Source: Nitrososphaera viennensis EN76 (GTDB taxonomy: Archaea; Thermoproteota; Nitrososphaeria; Nitrososphaerales; Nitrososphaeraceae). Taken from it: 32,000 nucleotides of DNA. Below are positions 16,643 to 24,924 of this stretch, piece after piece (within the stretch, counting starts at the first letter, position 1; each line of letters begins with the position of its first letter). The notes beneath the pieces are model-generated. The model saw only the letters and a program-made list of their open reading frames with translations. It was not told where the DNA came from and did no database searches. The DNA lies in assembly GCF_000698785.1 (NCBI RefSeq), contig NZ_CP007536.1:2220001-2252000 (forward strand), in the 5' to 3' direction. Made by a program: the position numbers and the translations under genes.

Positions 16643-18904
16643 CTACTTGGGCAGCTCTATCTTTTCTGCTGTTGCCGCGATCCTCGGGATGGACCCAAGG
16701 TCGACGCACGGCACCTGCTCCAGCGCGACCGCCGCGGTGTCGGACGCGCCATAGCCCGTTATGATGCCAAAGCCGTTAGTGTGCTTGGGGTACACCCTCA
16801 GCTCTATCGCAAACGAGCACTTTTGGTGCGCGCCGAGCATCTCCCCAAACGTCTTTTCGGCGGCCTTGGCGTTTGCCGCGTTGAGCGGGCTTGGGATCGG
16901 CGGAACCGTCGAGGGGGCGTTTGTCGTGCCGGTCTCTATCGTCCCGCTTGTGTCGTTGAGCCCGCGCACGAACCACAGGTTGTAGCTGTGCATGAACTTG
17001 TTGACGTGGAACGCATAGAACCGCACAGTGAACTTGTCGCCGGAGCACCCTGTCAAAAAGAGGCAGCTTCCCTCCACAGGCGCGTCGTTCTTGCGCAGCG
17101 CGACAATGTCCCCGTAGCAGGCGACGTTGTCTGCGTGGAAAATATGGACAAGGGCGGCATAGTTTACCGCGTCGGTGGCAGTCTCTGTCGACCAGCGCCT
17201 GAAAGTGAACGGCTTGTCGATCCCTGCTCCCATTGCGCCTGCGGGCTTGATCCTGTTTCCTGCCGCATCAAACACCTCGACTATCACAAGGTGCTTGCCA
17301 TTGTCGTGCAGGGTCGTGTTCCACGACTGGTGGAACTGGAACCAGAGCCACCCGCCGTCCGGCGCGTCGGACTCGTACGGGATGAGGTACAGCCCAGAGT
17401 TACTGCCGACCGCGTTTGGCCCGAGCGCTACTGCCTCCGTCTGCAATTGCGTCCCGACCCACTTCCACCGGCTCCATGCTACAGGATCTGTCAGCACCTG
17501 CGGCACGCCGTCAGGGTCGCCGGAAGAGTTTGCCTTTACCACGCTTACCCTGTAGTATTTCGCGCCTGTGCCCTTCATGCCTTCGTGGAACTTGAGCCTG
17601 AAGCTGAGCGTCTGGCCCCACGGCTGGCCTGTGTAGTTGTTGTTGACAAGGCCGTCGCCGGGGTTTGCCGTCAAGACGCCAAGCTCGCTGTCCTGCACGG
17701 GGCTGACAAGCTTCCAGCTGGGGATGTAGCCGATGTTTTCCAGCATCACAAAGTTCGTGCCCGGGTCGGGGACGTCGCTTCCCGGGTTGCAGGCGCGCCC
17801 CTTCCATGTGCGCAGGTGCGCGTCGTCGGACGCAGTAAAGTAGTCGTTCGTGGTTGAGCCGTCATAGATGTACACCCACTGGTTGTCCTGCCACTGCCTG
17901 ACCTTGTAATAGTAGGTTACCCTGCATCCTGCTCTTACAAACGGCCGCCAGTAGCAAAAGCTGAACTCGCCGTCCTCGTTCACGGGCGTCTCGCCGACCT
18001 TTCTCGTGCTGCATGTGCAAAAGATCGGGTAGAGGTAATAGTGCGCGTCAATGTACGCAAGCCTGTCCTGTTGCGGAAGCGACATCAGCATGTGGTAGTC
18101 TTCTGCCAGCTTTTCAGGCGGGTTGCCTAGCGGTACTTTGGCGCCTGTTGCGCGCAAGAGGCTGGCGGCCTTTTCCACCTGCCTGATTGGCACGGGATCA
18201 GGGCCGGGCCCCGGCCAAGGACCTATGGGCCCGGGATCAGGGTCCGGGATTGGAGGGACGCGCTTTATCAAATCTTTGAGCCTGTCAAGTATGTCGTCGA
18301 TGTCAAAGGGCGGGCGCAGCCTGCAGCAGCATGTCTTTTCATATACTTCGACAACGGCGTTGCATATTGGCGCGCATATGGTAGGCAGCGTCAACGACGG
18401 CGCGATTGCTTTTGATATTTCTGGCCTGAGCGTCAGGGTGTCCGTAAACGTCGTCGACTTTGCAAGAATCTTTGTCGCTGTCTTTGCAACGGCAATGTCT
18501 CCAAGCAGCCATGGCCTTGGCCTGCACCTGTGTACGTCGCCGTGCACACAAACTATGGGCAGAATCCAGTCGCGCCATTTGGGCGTGATAGAGATCACGC
18601 CCGTTCTGGACCACTCGGCGACCTTCTCCCTTGGCCTGAAGGTGACAAGCATTTCCCTTGTCACTTCTTTTTCGTCAATGTCCGGGCCAAAGCCGTAGCC
18701 GCTTCCCTCCTTGATGTTGCGGGCTAGCTCTGAAAGCTGGACCTTGTTTCCCTGGATGGGCCCGACTTTTCTGATAACGCCCTTCTCTACTGCAAAAAGG
18801 GCTACGCGTGGTGCCTGGTCTTTCTCGGTGATTCCGAGGAACCTTAGTTCTAGAATTTTGTCGTTATTGCTGTTGTTGGTAGCAGGTATCCTTGAGGCTG
18901 CCAT
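16643..18904 (-). CDS. large Cys- and Pro-rich hypothetical protein (753 aa)
   Basis: A long GC-rich ORF. ATG at 18904 (MAASRIPATNN...) is preceded by an AT-rich region with TTTATTAAAG at 18924-18933. The track's TTG at 18994 lies in that AT-rich DNA. It contains a CCC triplet, a PPIPDPDPGPIGPWPGPGPDPVPI linker and a beta-rich C-terminal half. No family recognised. Confidence 0.85.
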   Translation of the reverse strand: MAASRIPATNNSNNDKILELRFLGITEKDQAPRVALFAVEKGVIRKVGPIQGNKVQLSELARNIKEGSGYGFGPDIDEKEVTREMLVTFRPREKVAEWSRTGVISITPKWRDWILPIVCVHGDVHRCRPRPWLLGDIAVAKTATKILAKSTTFTDTLTLRPEISKAIAPSLTLPTICAPICNAVVEVYEKTCCCRLRPPFDIDDILDRLKDLIKRVPPIPDPDPGPIGPWPGPGPDPVPIRQVEKAASLLRATGAKVPLGNPPEKLAEDYHMLMSLPQQDRLAYIDAHYYLYPIFCTCSTRKVGETPVNEDGEFSFCYWRPFVRAGCRVTYYYKVRQWQDNQWVYIYDGSTTNDYFTASDDAHLRTWKGRACNPGSDVPDPGTNFVMLENIGYIPSWKLVSPVQDSELGVLTANPGDGLVNNNYTGQPWGQTLSFRLKFHEGMKGTGAKYYRVSVVKANSSGDPDGVPQVLTDPVAWSRWKWVGTQLQTEAVALGPNAVGSNSGLYLIPYESDAPDGGWLWFQFHQSWNTTLHDNGKHLVIVEVFDAAGNRIKPAGAMGAGIDKPFTFRRWSTETATDAVNYAALVHIFHADNVACYGDIVALRKNDAPVEGSCLFLTGCSGDKFTVRFYAFHVNKFMHSYNLWFVRGLNDTSGTIETGTTNAPSTVPPIPSPLNAANAKAAEKTFGEMLGAHQKCSFAIELRVYPKHTNGFGIITGYGASDTAAVALEQVPCVDLGSIPRIAATAEKIELPK

Positions 18905-19161
18905 GTCCTCTTGGAAGATCCCCTTTATTAAAGAATAGTAGATGTAGTCTCTAGTAAATAGTATCTTGCTATGCAAGTACCCGAGATAAGACAATCATGA
19001 CCATAGATCACTTTTAAGTTCTGTAGAATCCTTGGATGTTAGAATCGAGTGTTGACTTTCTGGTGGTTCCTAATTGCGTGAGTAATGTCCCCTCTAGTGG
19101 ACATTTTGACATAGAGTTTGCCTCCATTAGATATAATAGTAACAATCTTCTACTCTCGGGC

Positions 19162-19671
19162 ATGCTAGATGGTAAAGACGACACTTTACAAGTAGCAAAC
19201 CATCGTACCAAGGGCCTGGTTATAGGAGCATTGACGATCGCATTGCTTCTTGCAATACCTGCCCACGCCGCGATTCAGCAGGCTGATGCCATCAGTGTTT
19301 CCTCCGACACCACTCTGCCTTCTGGAGGATCAGACTACTGTACATCGAGTACGTCCGACCAAACGATACTTTCCGTGACTGTGGCAAACAGTAACGTCAA
19401 GCTTGATGTCGCAACGCTGGCAGGATACGTCGCGACCCAAGGCGGTAACAATTATGGAAACTTGGAATTAAAACTTAAGACCGCCGGAGTTCAGGTGGAC
19501 TGGGCGAACATTGAAGCACAGAGTTCCGACCTGAGAGACAGAACAGCTGCATTATCATGGTCTGTAACCACCTCGAGTGCTCAAACAGTAACAGCTCGCA
19601 ATGGCGACATAGGTAGTTCAGACACAGTCTGTGTAATCACAGGTACGGCTGAACTTTTCGTGACATACTAG
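19162..19671 (+). CDS. secreted hypothetical protein
   Basis: ATG at 19162 lies ~28 nt downstream of ATATAATA (19131-19138). The signal peptide is HRTKGLVIGALTIALLLAIPAHAA, and the mature part is S/T-rich and beta-like. The track start at 19036 is less likely. Confidence 0.7.
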   Translation: MLDGKDDTLQVANHRTKGLVIGALTIALLLAIPAHAAIQQADAISVSSDTTLPSGGSDYCTSSTSDQTILSVTVANSNVKLDVATLAGYVATQGGNNYGNLELKLKTAGVQVDWANIEAQSSDLRDRTAALSWSVTTSSAQTVTARNGDIGSSDTVCVITGTAELFVTY

Positions 19672-19685
19672 GGGATGATGGAAAA

Positions 19686-20369
19686 ATGAAAGAGAATATC
19701 GAGAAATTCAAAGGTAAGAAAGCATACGCAATAACAGCAGTGGTAGGAATCGCGGTGATCGCAAGCATCCTAATCCTTGCAACAACGAGTATCCCAATCT
19801 CGCAAGTGAATGCCGTACCACCGGCCCCGGACACTGTTCAGACCAATACCGTCGAAGCTCAATTATCACCATCAGAGCTAACGGGTAGAATGACTCTCTA
19901 CATACTTCCACTGGAGTACGGCCAGAATTATCAATCGGGTAGAATAGTTAACATCGTCAACAGTCTAATACCGAACATGGCGGCATCTCACTACACAGAC
20001 CTAGGATTTTCGCTGCGAGGACAATACGCTGATGAGCCAGTCGTGTTGACCGAACAGAACATTCCAGAAGACCTGCGGCAGAATTTCAAGCCTGGTGATG
20101 CTGTTAAAATGACTGTAATAAAGCACCCTGCCGATACCGTGAAAGTGTACGTCGACCCAGATGTCAGGAAGCCAGACGGCACACCTGTAACCGTTGACGA
20201 CATCAGCCCAGATTGGCAATTCGGGAACGGTATTACATGCTGTGGATTTTCACTGAAGGATGGCACAGATGTAAGTGCGGTGTTCTTTGTGGTCGATCAG
20301 GCTTATGATGCACAAGTCATGAAACAACTCGATGCAATCAAAACTACAGCCGCAAGTATGACATACTAA
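19686..20369 (+). CDS. membrane-anchored or secreted hypothetical protein
   Basis: N-terminal basic region plus TM (KKAYAITAVVGIAVIASILILATT). It starts 14 nt after the preceding gene, so it is probably co-transcribed. Confidence 0.75.
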   Translation: MKENIEKFKGKKAYAITAVVGIAVIASILILATTSIPISQVNAVPPAPDTVQTNTVEAQLSPSELTGRMTLYILPLEYGQNYQSGRIVNIVNSLIPNMAASHYTDLGFSLRGQYADEPVVLTEQNIPEDLRQNFKPGDAVKMTVIKHPADTVKVYVDPDVRKPDGTPVTVDDISPDWQFGNGITCCGFSLKDGTDVSAVFFVVDQAYDAQVMKQLDAIKTTAASMTY

Positions 20370-20372
20370 GCC

Positions 20373-20400
20373 CGGGTCAAAACGACCCGCTTCATTTTTT
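20373..20400 (+). terminator. stem-loop plus T6 terminator-like element
   Basis: CGGGTC-AAAAC-GACCCG (a 6-bp stem, 20373-20389) is followed by TTCATTTTTT. It lies immediately after the stop at 20369, between convergent genes. Confidence 0.55.
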
Positions 20401-20718
20401 ATTAAATTTCATTAAACCTTGCGCCTTTACCGCCTTTTCAAGCATCTCTTTCCGTCCTTTAACATCTAGGCCAGCGACCTCTCCCGGCGTCTTTCCATCG
20501 AGTGCCATGTGCGGCTTTACGAAATTGTTGTACTGTATTCTTTGCCCTTCTTCCAACGGTGTCTTGTACGACTTCCAACGCCTTGAGAGAGTCGCCACGA
20601 ATCTGGTCAGGGATCTGACCATTAGCATTCTTGATCGCTTCTTGAAATACTCTGACAGACGTTCCAATGTCGCGTTTTTGGAAATGCGCAAGTATACAAC
20701 GGCTGCTTCACTATTCAA
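20392..20718 (-). pseudogene. C-terminal fragment of a DDE (rve/IS-type) transposase
   Basis: NATLERLSEYFKKRSR...IQYNNFVKPHMALDGKTPGEVAGL matches the '..ER.n...k.R' region plus the 'YN..RPH.aL.GkTP.e' tail typical of DDE transposase C-termini. The catalytic D, D part is missing, and the frame is closed by a TAG immediately upstream of 20718. Confidence 0.55.
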
Positions 20719-20872
20719 CTACAATTTTCCTTTGCCAAAGATATCCTTCTTGGAAATGTAAACAAGGCCATTGAACTAGCAGATAGGATGCCAGAAAAGA
20801 TAGACGGTCAGTCAGACCATACCCAAAATGCAACACCCAAAGATAACACCCAAGGATTCTATAGGATCTTGT

Positions 20873-21688
20873 TTAAATGAAATCCGTTATCCTGGACGGC
20901 TTCCTGCGGGACTTGCGTTCAATTCTTGTCCTGGCTTTTTGCTGCATTTCGCTCAACTCGCCTCTCATGGCCAGGAACTGGAGCGCGTTGCGCGGCGCGC
21001 CGGCGTTGTAGTGGTTGTTAAAGTAGGCATACGTCACAGGGACCTGCGCCTCCACCTCTTTCAGCTTGTCAACCCATGGCAGCAGTTCTTCTTCCGAATA
21101 GGTGTACTCGTACCAGACGGGCTTGCCCCTTCCGTGCCACCTTATGTACGCATGAGTTGATGAGGTCACGACGATCTTTGACAGAAACTCTATCGGGGAT
21201 TCGGTTATCGTGTTTGCGACATTGTGTTTCTTTAGCAGATCCCACATCTCCTTTCTGTCCCACGACTCGTGCCGGAACTCGACTGCAAAGTGTATGTGAG
21301 AAGGCAACAGTCCCAGAAAGGATTCCAGCCTGCCTATCTCGTCATAGGAAAAGCTGGGCGCAAGCTGCACAAGCAGGCAGCCGAGCTTGCCTGCGTCCTC
21401 CAGCGGCTTGATGACGTCCAGGAACTTTGCCAGGTCGTCCTCCGCGCCGCCTGCAAGGCGCCTGTCATGCGTTATCGTCTTTGGGAGTTTCAGCGAGAAC
21501 TTGAACGACAGTCCTGTCGCCTTTTCCCATCCCTTCACCATCGACTTGGTCGGCATGCGGTAGAACGACGAATCGACTTCGACCGTGTCAAACACCTTGG
21601 CGTAAAACGGGAGCTTGGCAACCCTGTTGTTTGGGTAGAAAAGCCCTACCCATTCCTGGTAACTCCACCCGCTGGTGCCAAGGAGCAA
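20873..21688 (-). CDS. DUF72 (YecE/UPF0759) family protein
   Basis: N-terminus LLGTSGWSYQEWVGLFYP...FYAKVFDTVEVDSSFYRMP is the DUF72 signature as I remember it. TTG start. Confidence 0.85.
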   Translation of the reverse strand: MLLGTSGWSYQEWVGLFYPNNRVAKLPFYAKVFDTVEVDSSFYRMPTKSMVKGWEKATGLSFKFSLKLPKTITHDRRLAGGAEDDLAKFLDVIKPLEDAGKLGCLLVQLAPSFSYDEIGRLESFLGLLPSHIHFAVEFRHESWDRKEMWDLLKKHNVANTITESPIEFLSKIVVTSSTHAYIRWHGRGKPVWYEYTYSEEELLPWVDKLKEVEAQVPVTYAYFNNHYNAGAPRNALQFLAMRGELSEMQQKARTRIERKSRRKPSRITDFI

Positions 21689-21735
21689 CAGCTTTACTTC
21701 ATGGCGCTGGGATATTTATCTGCCTACTGCTATTA

Positions 21736-22116
21736 CTACTGCTGTTGCCTTGGCTTTTTCAGGAACATCTTGGCCACTTCGGGCAGCGCAAAGGCATAGT
21801 GTATGTGGCTGCAGTCCTTGGACTCGCACAGCCCGCAGTAGAGCGTCCTGTCCTTCAAATAGACTTCCGCTGTCTTGCCTGCCTTTGAGTCGCGGATGAA
21901 CAGTATGTTGTCCTGGTACCCTATCTTTGAGAGGTAGGGCGCGTAGCTCTGCAGGAACCTGTCGCGCTCTATGGCTTCAACGAGCACAGAGTTGATGTAT
22001 TCCTTGGTATTCCAGTGCATTTTTTCTGCAGCTGACTTCATGACCTCGTACGTCTGCTTGAAGATCTCGACCGTTATCACTTCCTTGCCGCCGCGCTTGA
22101 CCATGTACAGTAACAT
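21736..22116 (-). CDS. ribbon-helix-helix (CopG/Arc-like) DNA-binding protein with C-terminal Cys/His cluster; candidate provirus regulator
   Basis: KEVITVEIFKQTYEVMKSAAEKMHWNTKEYINSVLVEAIERD fits a beta-strand/helix/helix RHH pattern, and the C-terminus carries CGLCESKDCSHIH. It is divergent from the viral plus-strand genes. The start is ATG at 22116 or 22104. Confidence 0.7.
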   Translation of the reverse strand: MLLYMVKRGGKEVITVEIFKQTYEVMKSAAEKMHWNTKEYINSVLVEAIERDRFLQSYAPYLSKIGYQDNILFIRDSKAGKTAEVYLKDRTLYCGLCESKDCSHIHYAFALPEVAKMFLKKPRQQQ

Positions 22117-22173
22117 GTTGCGACATGCTTACTTATATAATTTCTGTATGTGGTAACGTGCTATAACATGTTA
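22111..22173. promoter_or_regulatory. divergent promoter/operator region with two TAACATGTT(G/A) palindromic sites and TATA boxes
   Basis: TAACATGTTG at 22111-22120 overlaps the RHH start codon. The perfect palindrome TAACATGTTA lies at 22164-22173. TTATATAA is at 22133-22140 and TTTTAATA at 22185-22192. Confidence 0.5.
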
Positions 22174-22231
22174 CAACATATTCCTTTTAATACCAGAATG
22201 CGACCTGACGGTAGTATTGTCGGCTGAAAGG

Positions 22232-23109
22232 ATGGCTCTTGAAGAGTATGAATATGCCCTGCAGCAGGCGCGCCTTGCACACGGTGAAGTGAAAAAGTGG
22301 ATAATCTATGCAGGCGAGCAGCTGGAAATAGCCGGCGTCCAGAAGGAGAAAATATCCACAAAATTGCGAAATGACCTGCCGGGCGTCTCGGCCGATTACA
22401 TAAGCCAGATCTGTAGCCAGATGGGGTGGACGGACAGGCGTTTTCCCCCGGGGTTGAGAAAACTAAGCCTGAAAATAGTTCCACTCCTTCTGCTTCTTCA
22501 GAGCAGCCGCAACAAGTCCACAATGATGATAATAACAAGGCAGCAGCGGAGGAGGAGCCTGACAAGGCAAGGTGCAGCAAGGAAAACCAGCCCTATATCG
22601 ACCACCTGCAGAGAAAGATCGAGTTTCTGCAGGACGTGCAAAAGAAGCTCCGCGACAGGCCATTTCTGTCCCTGCTTGAGAAAAAGCAGTACGACGAGTA
22701 CATCATGCTTGCAGACAGGGCGGAAAAGCTTGCGCGGGAGGCCTGGGATGCAAGGCAGACCATACCTGTTGCCACGCAGTTTTACCTTGCGCAGATAGTG
22801 GCGACCTGTACAATCAAGCACGGCGCAAGCGAGTACGTTTCAAAGGTCAAGGACCTTTTTGGGCTGACGAGCAAGCAGGTCACCAAGACGCTCAAGGGAG
22901 TAGTCCGCGACGTGCACTGCCTCTACGAGCCGACAAACAGGGCAGAGGCCCTGATGGACGGCTTTTACGGCAGGCCATGCGAAAAGTGCGGCAACTGGCG
23001 GGTGAAATGGGAAAACGGCATGTGCCATTGCTTCCACTGCGACAGCGACTACCGCGCAAAAGCCGAGAGGCTGCCGCTGGCAAGGGAACAGGGCGAGTGG
23101 TCCAACTAG
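22232..23109 (+). CDS. TerS-like DNA-binding protein (N-terminal HTH, C-terminal 4-Cys ribbon), readable only with a -1 frameshift at 22447-22453
   Basis: The upstream frame reads MALEEYEY...KISTKLRNDLPGVSADYISQICSQMGWTDRRFPPG (HTH-like). The protein-like sequence then continues in the -1 frame (GVEKTKPENSS...CEKCGNWRVKWENGMCHCFHCDSDY) to the TAG at 23107-23109. Its position directly upstream of TerL suggests a small terminase. Track ORFs 22217..22798 and 22426..23109. Confidence 0.6.
22447..22453 (+). promoter_or_regulatory. X_XXY_YYZ slippery heptamer C_CCG_GGG within a T4C5G4 run
   Basis: In the upstream frame the codons are cgt ttt ccC CCG GGG. Tandem -1 slippage (CCG to CCC, GGG to GGG) lands exactly in the downstream frame (next codon gtt = V of GVEKTK). 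Confidence 0.4.
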
Positions 23110-23118
23110 CTCTTTTGG
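23107..23118 (+). promoter_or_regulatory. degenerate copy of provirus gene-boundary motif (TAGCTCTTTTGG)
   Basis: It embeds the TerS-like stop codon and lies 20 nt before the TerL ATG at 23127. It lacks the TT of the consensus. Confidence 0.35.
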
Positions 23119-23126
23119 TTTGCAAA

Positions 23127-24497
23127 ATGCCATCAAAATCTGAGGTACAGGATGATAATTCTAAAATACAGGCCCTGAAGGGCAAGCCATTCTGGATCTG
23201 GAGCAAGAAAAAGCATGCAAAAAAATCCAAAGACTGCTGTTGCTTTAACCACATTGTCGGCCTGCCCGTCAAAAACGGCAGGGCCATGCCTATGTTTGAC
23301 TATGAGAAAAAGATCCACGACCTGCTTGCAAAAAAGGGAAGAAAAGAGAAACAGAAGGACAAGCACCTGTGGGTGAAAAAAGCCACAGGGCTTGGGGTGA
23401 CTGAACTCCTGCTGAGGTACATGGCCTGGCTGTGCTACCGTGACGATTCGTGCAGGGGCGCGCAGATGTGCATCGTCACCGGCCCGAACAAGGAGCTTGC
23501 CAAGGGGCTCATAACCCGGCTAAAGGAGATCTGCAAGGACGTTGAAAAGCTGGAGTCAAAAGAGACGGTGGTCGTCCTGAACGGCTGCAGGATAGAGGCT
23601 TTTCCGTCGCACCACCTCGACGCGATGCGCGCCCTTGCCAGGCCGGCGTTCATACTCCTTGACGAGGCCGACTTTTTCCCGCCAAAAGAGCAGAAAAACG
23701 CCCGCGACGTCGCAGAGCGCTACATAGCCAAGAGCGACCCGTACATAGTATTGGTGAGCACGCCCAACATGCCCGGCGGCCTGTACGAGAGCATAGAAAA
23801 GGAGGCAGAAGCGCAGTGCATCTACCACAGGCTCCACCTTGATTACAAGGCCGGGCTGAACAAGATCTACACAAGAGCCGAGATTGAAAAGGCGCGCAAG
23901 TCGCCAAGCTTTGAAAGAGAGTATAACTTGAAGTACGGCTACGGCACAGGCAACATTTTTCCCTACCAGCTTGTGGACGCCTGCGTCATGGAATATGACC
24001 CTGCGCTGCAAAAGGGCGCATCGGACAGGGTGCTTGCCGTGGACCCTGCCTACGGTTCCAGCAAGTTTGCCTTGGTAGGCATTGAGCGGCTGGACGAAAT
24101 GCTGTACGTCAAGGAGGCAAGGCAGTACGAGCGCCCGTCTCCTGCCGCCATGCTCGAGGTGGTTGCCGAGTTTGCCCGCCAGTACCCGACTGTGCTCGTA
24201 GACTCGGCGCATCCGGGGCTAATCAGGGACTTGCAGGAAAAAGGGGTGGACGCACAGCCGGTAAACTTTGCAAAAAATCTTGCCGACATGACAAGTGCGG
24301 CGGCGCGGGTCGTAACGGAAAAGAAGGTAAGGATACACCCTGCCTTTACGGATCTGCAGTACCAGCTAAAGGCGGCAGTGTACAATGATAAAGGCCACCC
24401 GGACAAGCGCAAACTGTCGTTTGACCTTGGCGATTGTATGTTGATGCTTGCCTATTATTGCCTCCGCCAAGATGGATTATTCATGGCCGAGATCTGA
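23127..24497 (+). CDS. terL: terminase large subunit
   Basis: Walker-A-like KKATGLGVTE, Walker B AFILLDEADFF, coupling motif LVSTPN, and nuclease-domain acidic motifs VLAVDPAYGSSKFALVG and VLVDSAHPG. ATG at 23127; the track ORF start at 22977 is an off-frame overlap with the upstream gene. Confidence 0.9.
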   Translation: MPSKSEVQDDNSKIQALKGKPFWIWSKKKHAKKSKDCCCFNHIVGLPVKNGRAMPMFDYEKKIHDLLAKKGRKEKQKDKHLWVKKATGLGVTELLLRYMAWLCYRDDSCRGAQMCIVTGPNKELAKGLITRLKEICKDVEKLESKETVVVLNGCRIEAFPSHHLDAMRALARPAFILLDEADFFPPKEQKNARDVAERYIAKSDPYIVLVSTPNMPGGLYESIEKEAEAQCIYHRLHLDYKAGLNKIYTRAEIEKARKSPSFEREYNLKYGYGTGNIFPYQLVDACVMEYDPALQKGASDRVLAVDPAYGSSKFALVGIERLDEMLYVKEARQYERPSPAAMLEVVAEFARQYPTVLVDSAHPGLIRDLQEKGVDAQPVNFAKNLADMTSAAARVVTEKKVRIHPAFTDLQYQLKAAVYNDKGHPDKRKLSFDLGDCMLMLAYYCLRQDGLFMAEI

Positions 24498-24527
24498 CCC
24501 GTTTTCTTGCATATCATGCAGGATCAA

Positions 24528-24538
24528 TAGTTCTCTTT
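24528..24538 (+). promoter_or_regulatory. provirus gene-boundary motif TAGTTCTCTTT
   Basis: It lies 38 nt before the ATG at 24566. Confidence 0.6.
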
Positions 24539-24565
24539 CAGGACAGCCTTCTAATCCTCTCCAGC

Positions 24566-24784
24566 ATGGAAATCACGATTGAACAGCCAATATCTGTACA
24601 GCATGAAGCAGACTTGAAGGCAGCGATCCAGGACAAGCTCAAGGAGTGGGACCTGCGCGAGCCGGCCGTGTCCATCAAGGTGCGCAGCGCGCTTACGGAA
24701 CAGGAAAAGACTGCGCTGCTTGTATTGATAAGGAACTTTTACGTGTCGCACGGGTATCCTAACCCTACAATGGGCACAAGCTAG
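24566..24784 (+). CDS. small provirus protein (72 aa)
   Basis: MEITIEQPISVQHEADLKAAIQDKL.... The ATG at 24566 is at the motif-defined distance. The track ORF begins upstream at 24434. Confidence 0.65.
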   Translation: MEITIEQPISVQHEADLKAAIQDKLKEWDLREPAVSIKVRSALTEQEKTALLVLIRNFYVSHGYPNPTMGTS

Positions 24785-24890
24785 CAGCGTGACAAGCATC
24801 CGTACGCCACAATAATAATAACAACCGGACGGGCCAGGGCGCTGCATCATGCACCCGATTAATCCTTAAGCGCTTGGCCGAGACCTGATC

Positions 24891-24903
24891 AGTTCTCTTT
24901 TTT
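24891..24903 (+). promoter_or_regulatory. provirus gene-boundary motif (TC)AGTTCTCTTTTTT
   Basis: The equivalent motif start (24890) lies 35 nt before the ATG at 24925. It is followed by GCCTGCA, as in the next copy. Confidence 0.6.
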
Positions 24904-24924
24904 CCGCCTGCACAACCTCAATCC

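Noticed and set aside
16781-17857. 358-aa plus-strand ORF, together with 17175..17555, 18123..18698 and others, antisense to the 753-aa gene
   Set aside because: The products are Arg/Ala/Val/Gly/Pro-rich and low in complexity, as is typical of shadow frames in GC-rich coding DNA. The region is fully covered by the far longer, protein-like minus-strand ORF.
15914-20369. Possibility that the Hcp-like gene marks a type VI secretion or contractile injection gene cluster
   Set aside because: I could not recognise sheath (TssB/C), VgrG/spike, baseplate, ClpV or tail-tube/sheath genes anywhere in the window. Only the isolated Hcp homolog is supportable.
20719-21735. Search for a tRNA gene, att site or integrase marking the provirus left end
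   Set aside because: I could find no tRNA-like cloverleaf, no integrase ORF and no obvious direct repeat. The left boundary cannot be set from this window, and DUF72 (20873..21688) looks like a host gene.
22454-22798. Continuation of track ORF 22217..22798 beyond the slippery site
   Set aside because: After ...RRFPPG the sequence becomes R/S/T/L-rich (LLLLLQSSRNKSTMMIITRQQRRRSL...), while the -1 frame is protein-like. I treat it as a non-coding overlap rather than a real 193-aa product.
23556-24212. 218-aa minus-strand ORF and neighbours (23650..23907, 24050..24412, 22840..23287) antisense to TerL and the TerS-like gene
   Set aside because: These are shadow ORFs inside well-supported plus-strand viral genes, and their composition is R/A/L/G-rich nonsense.
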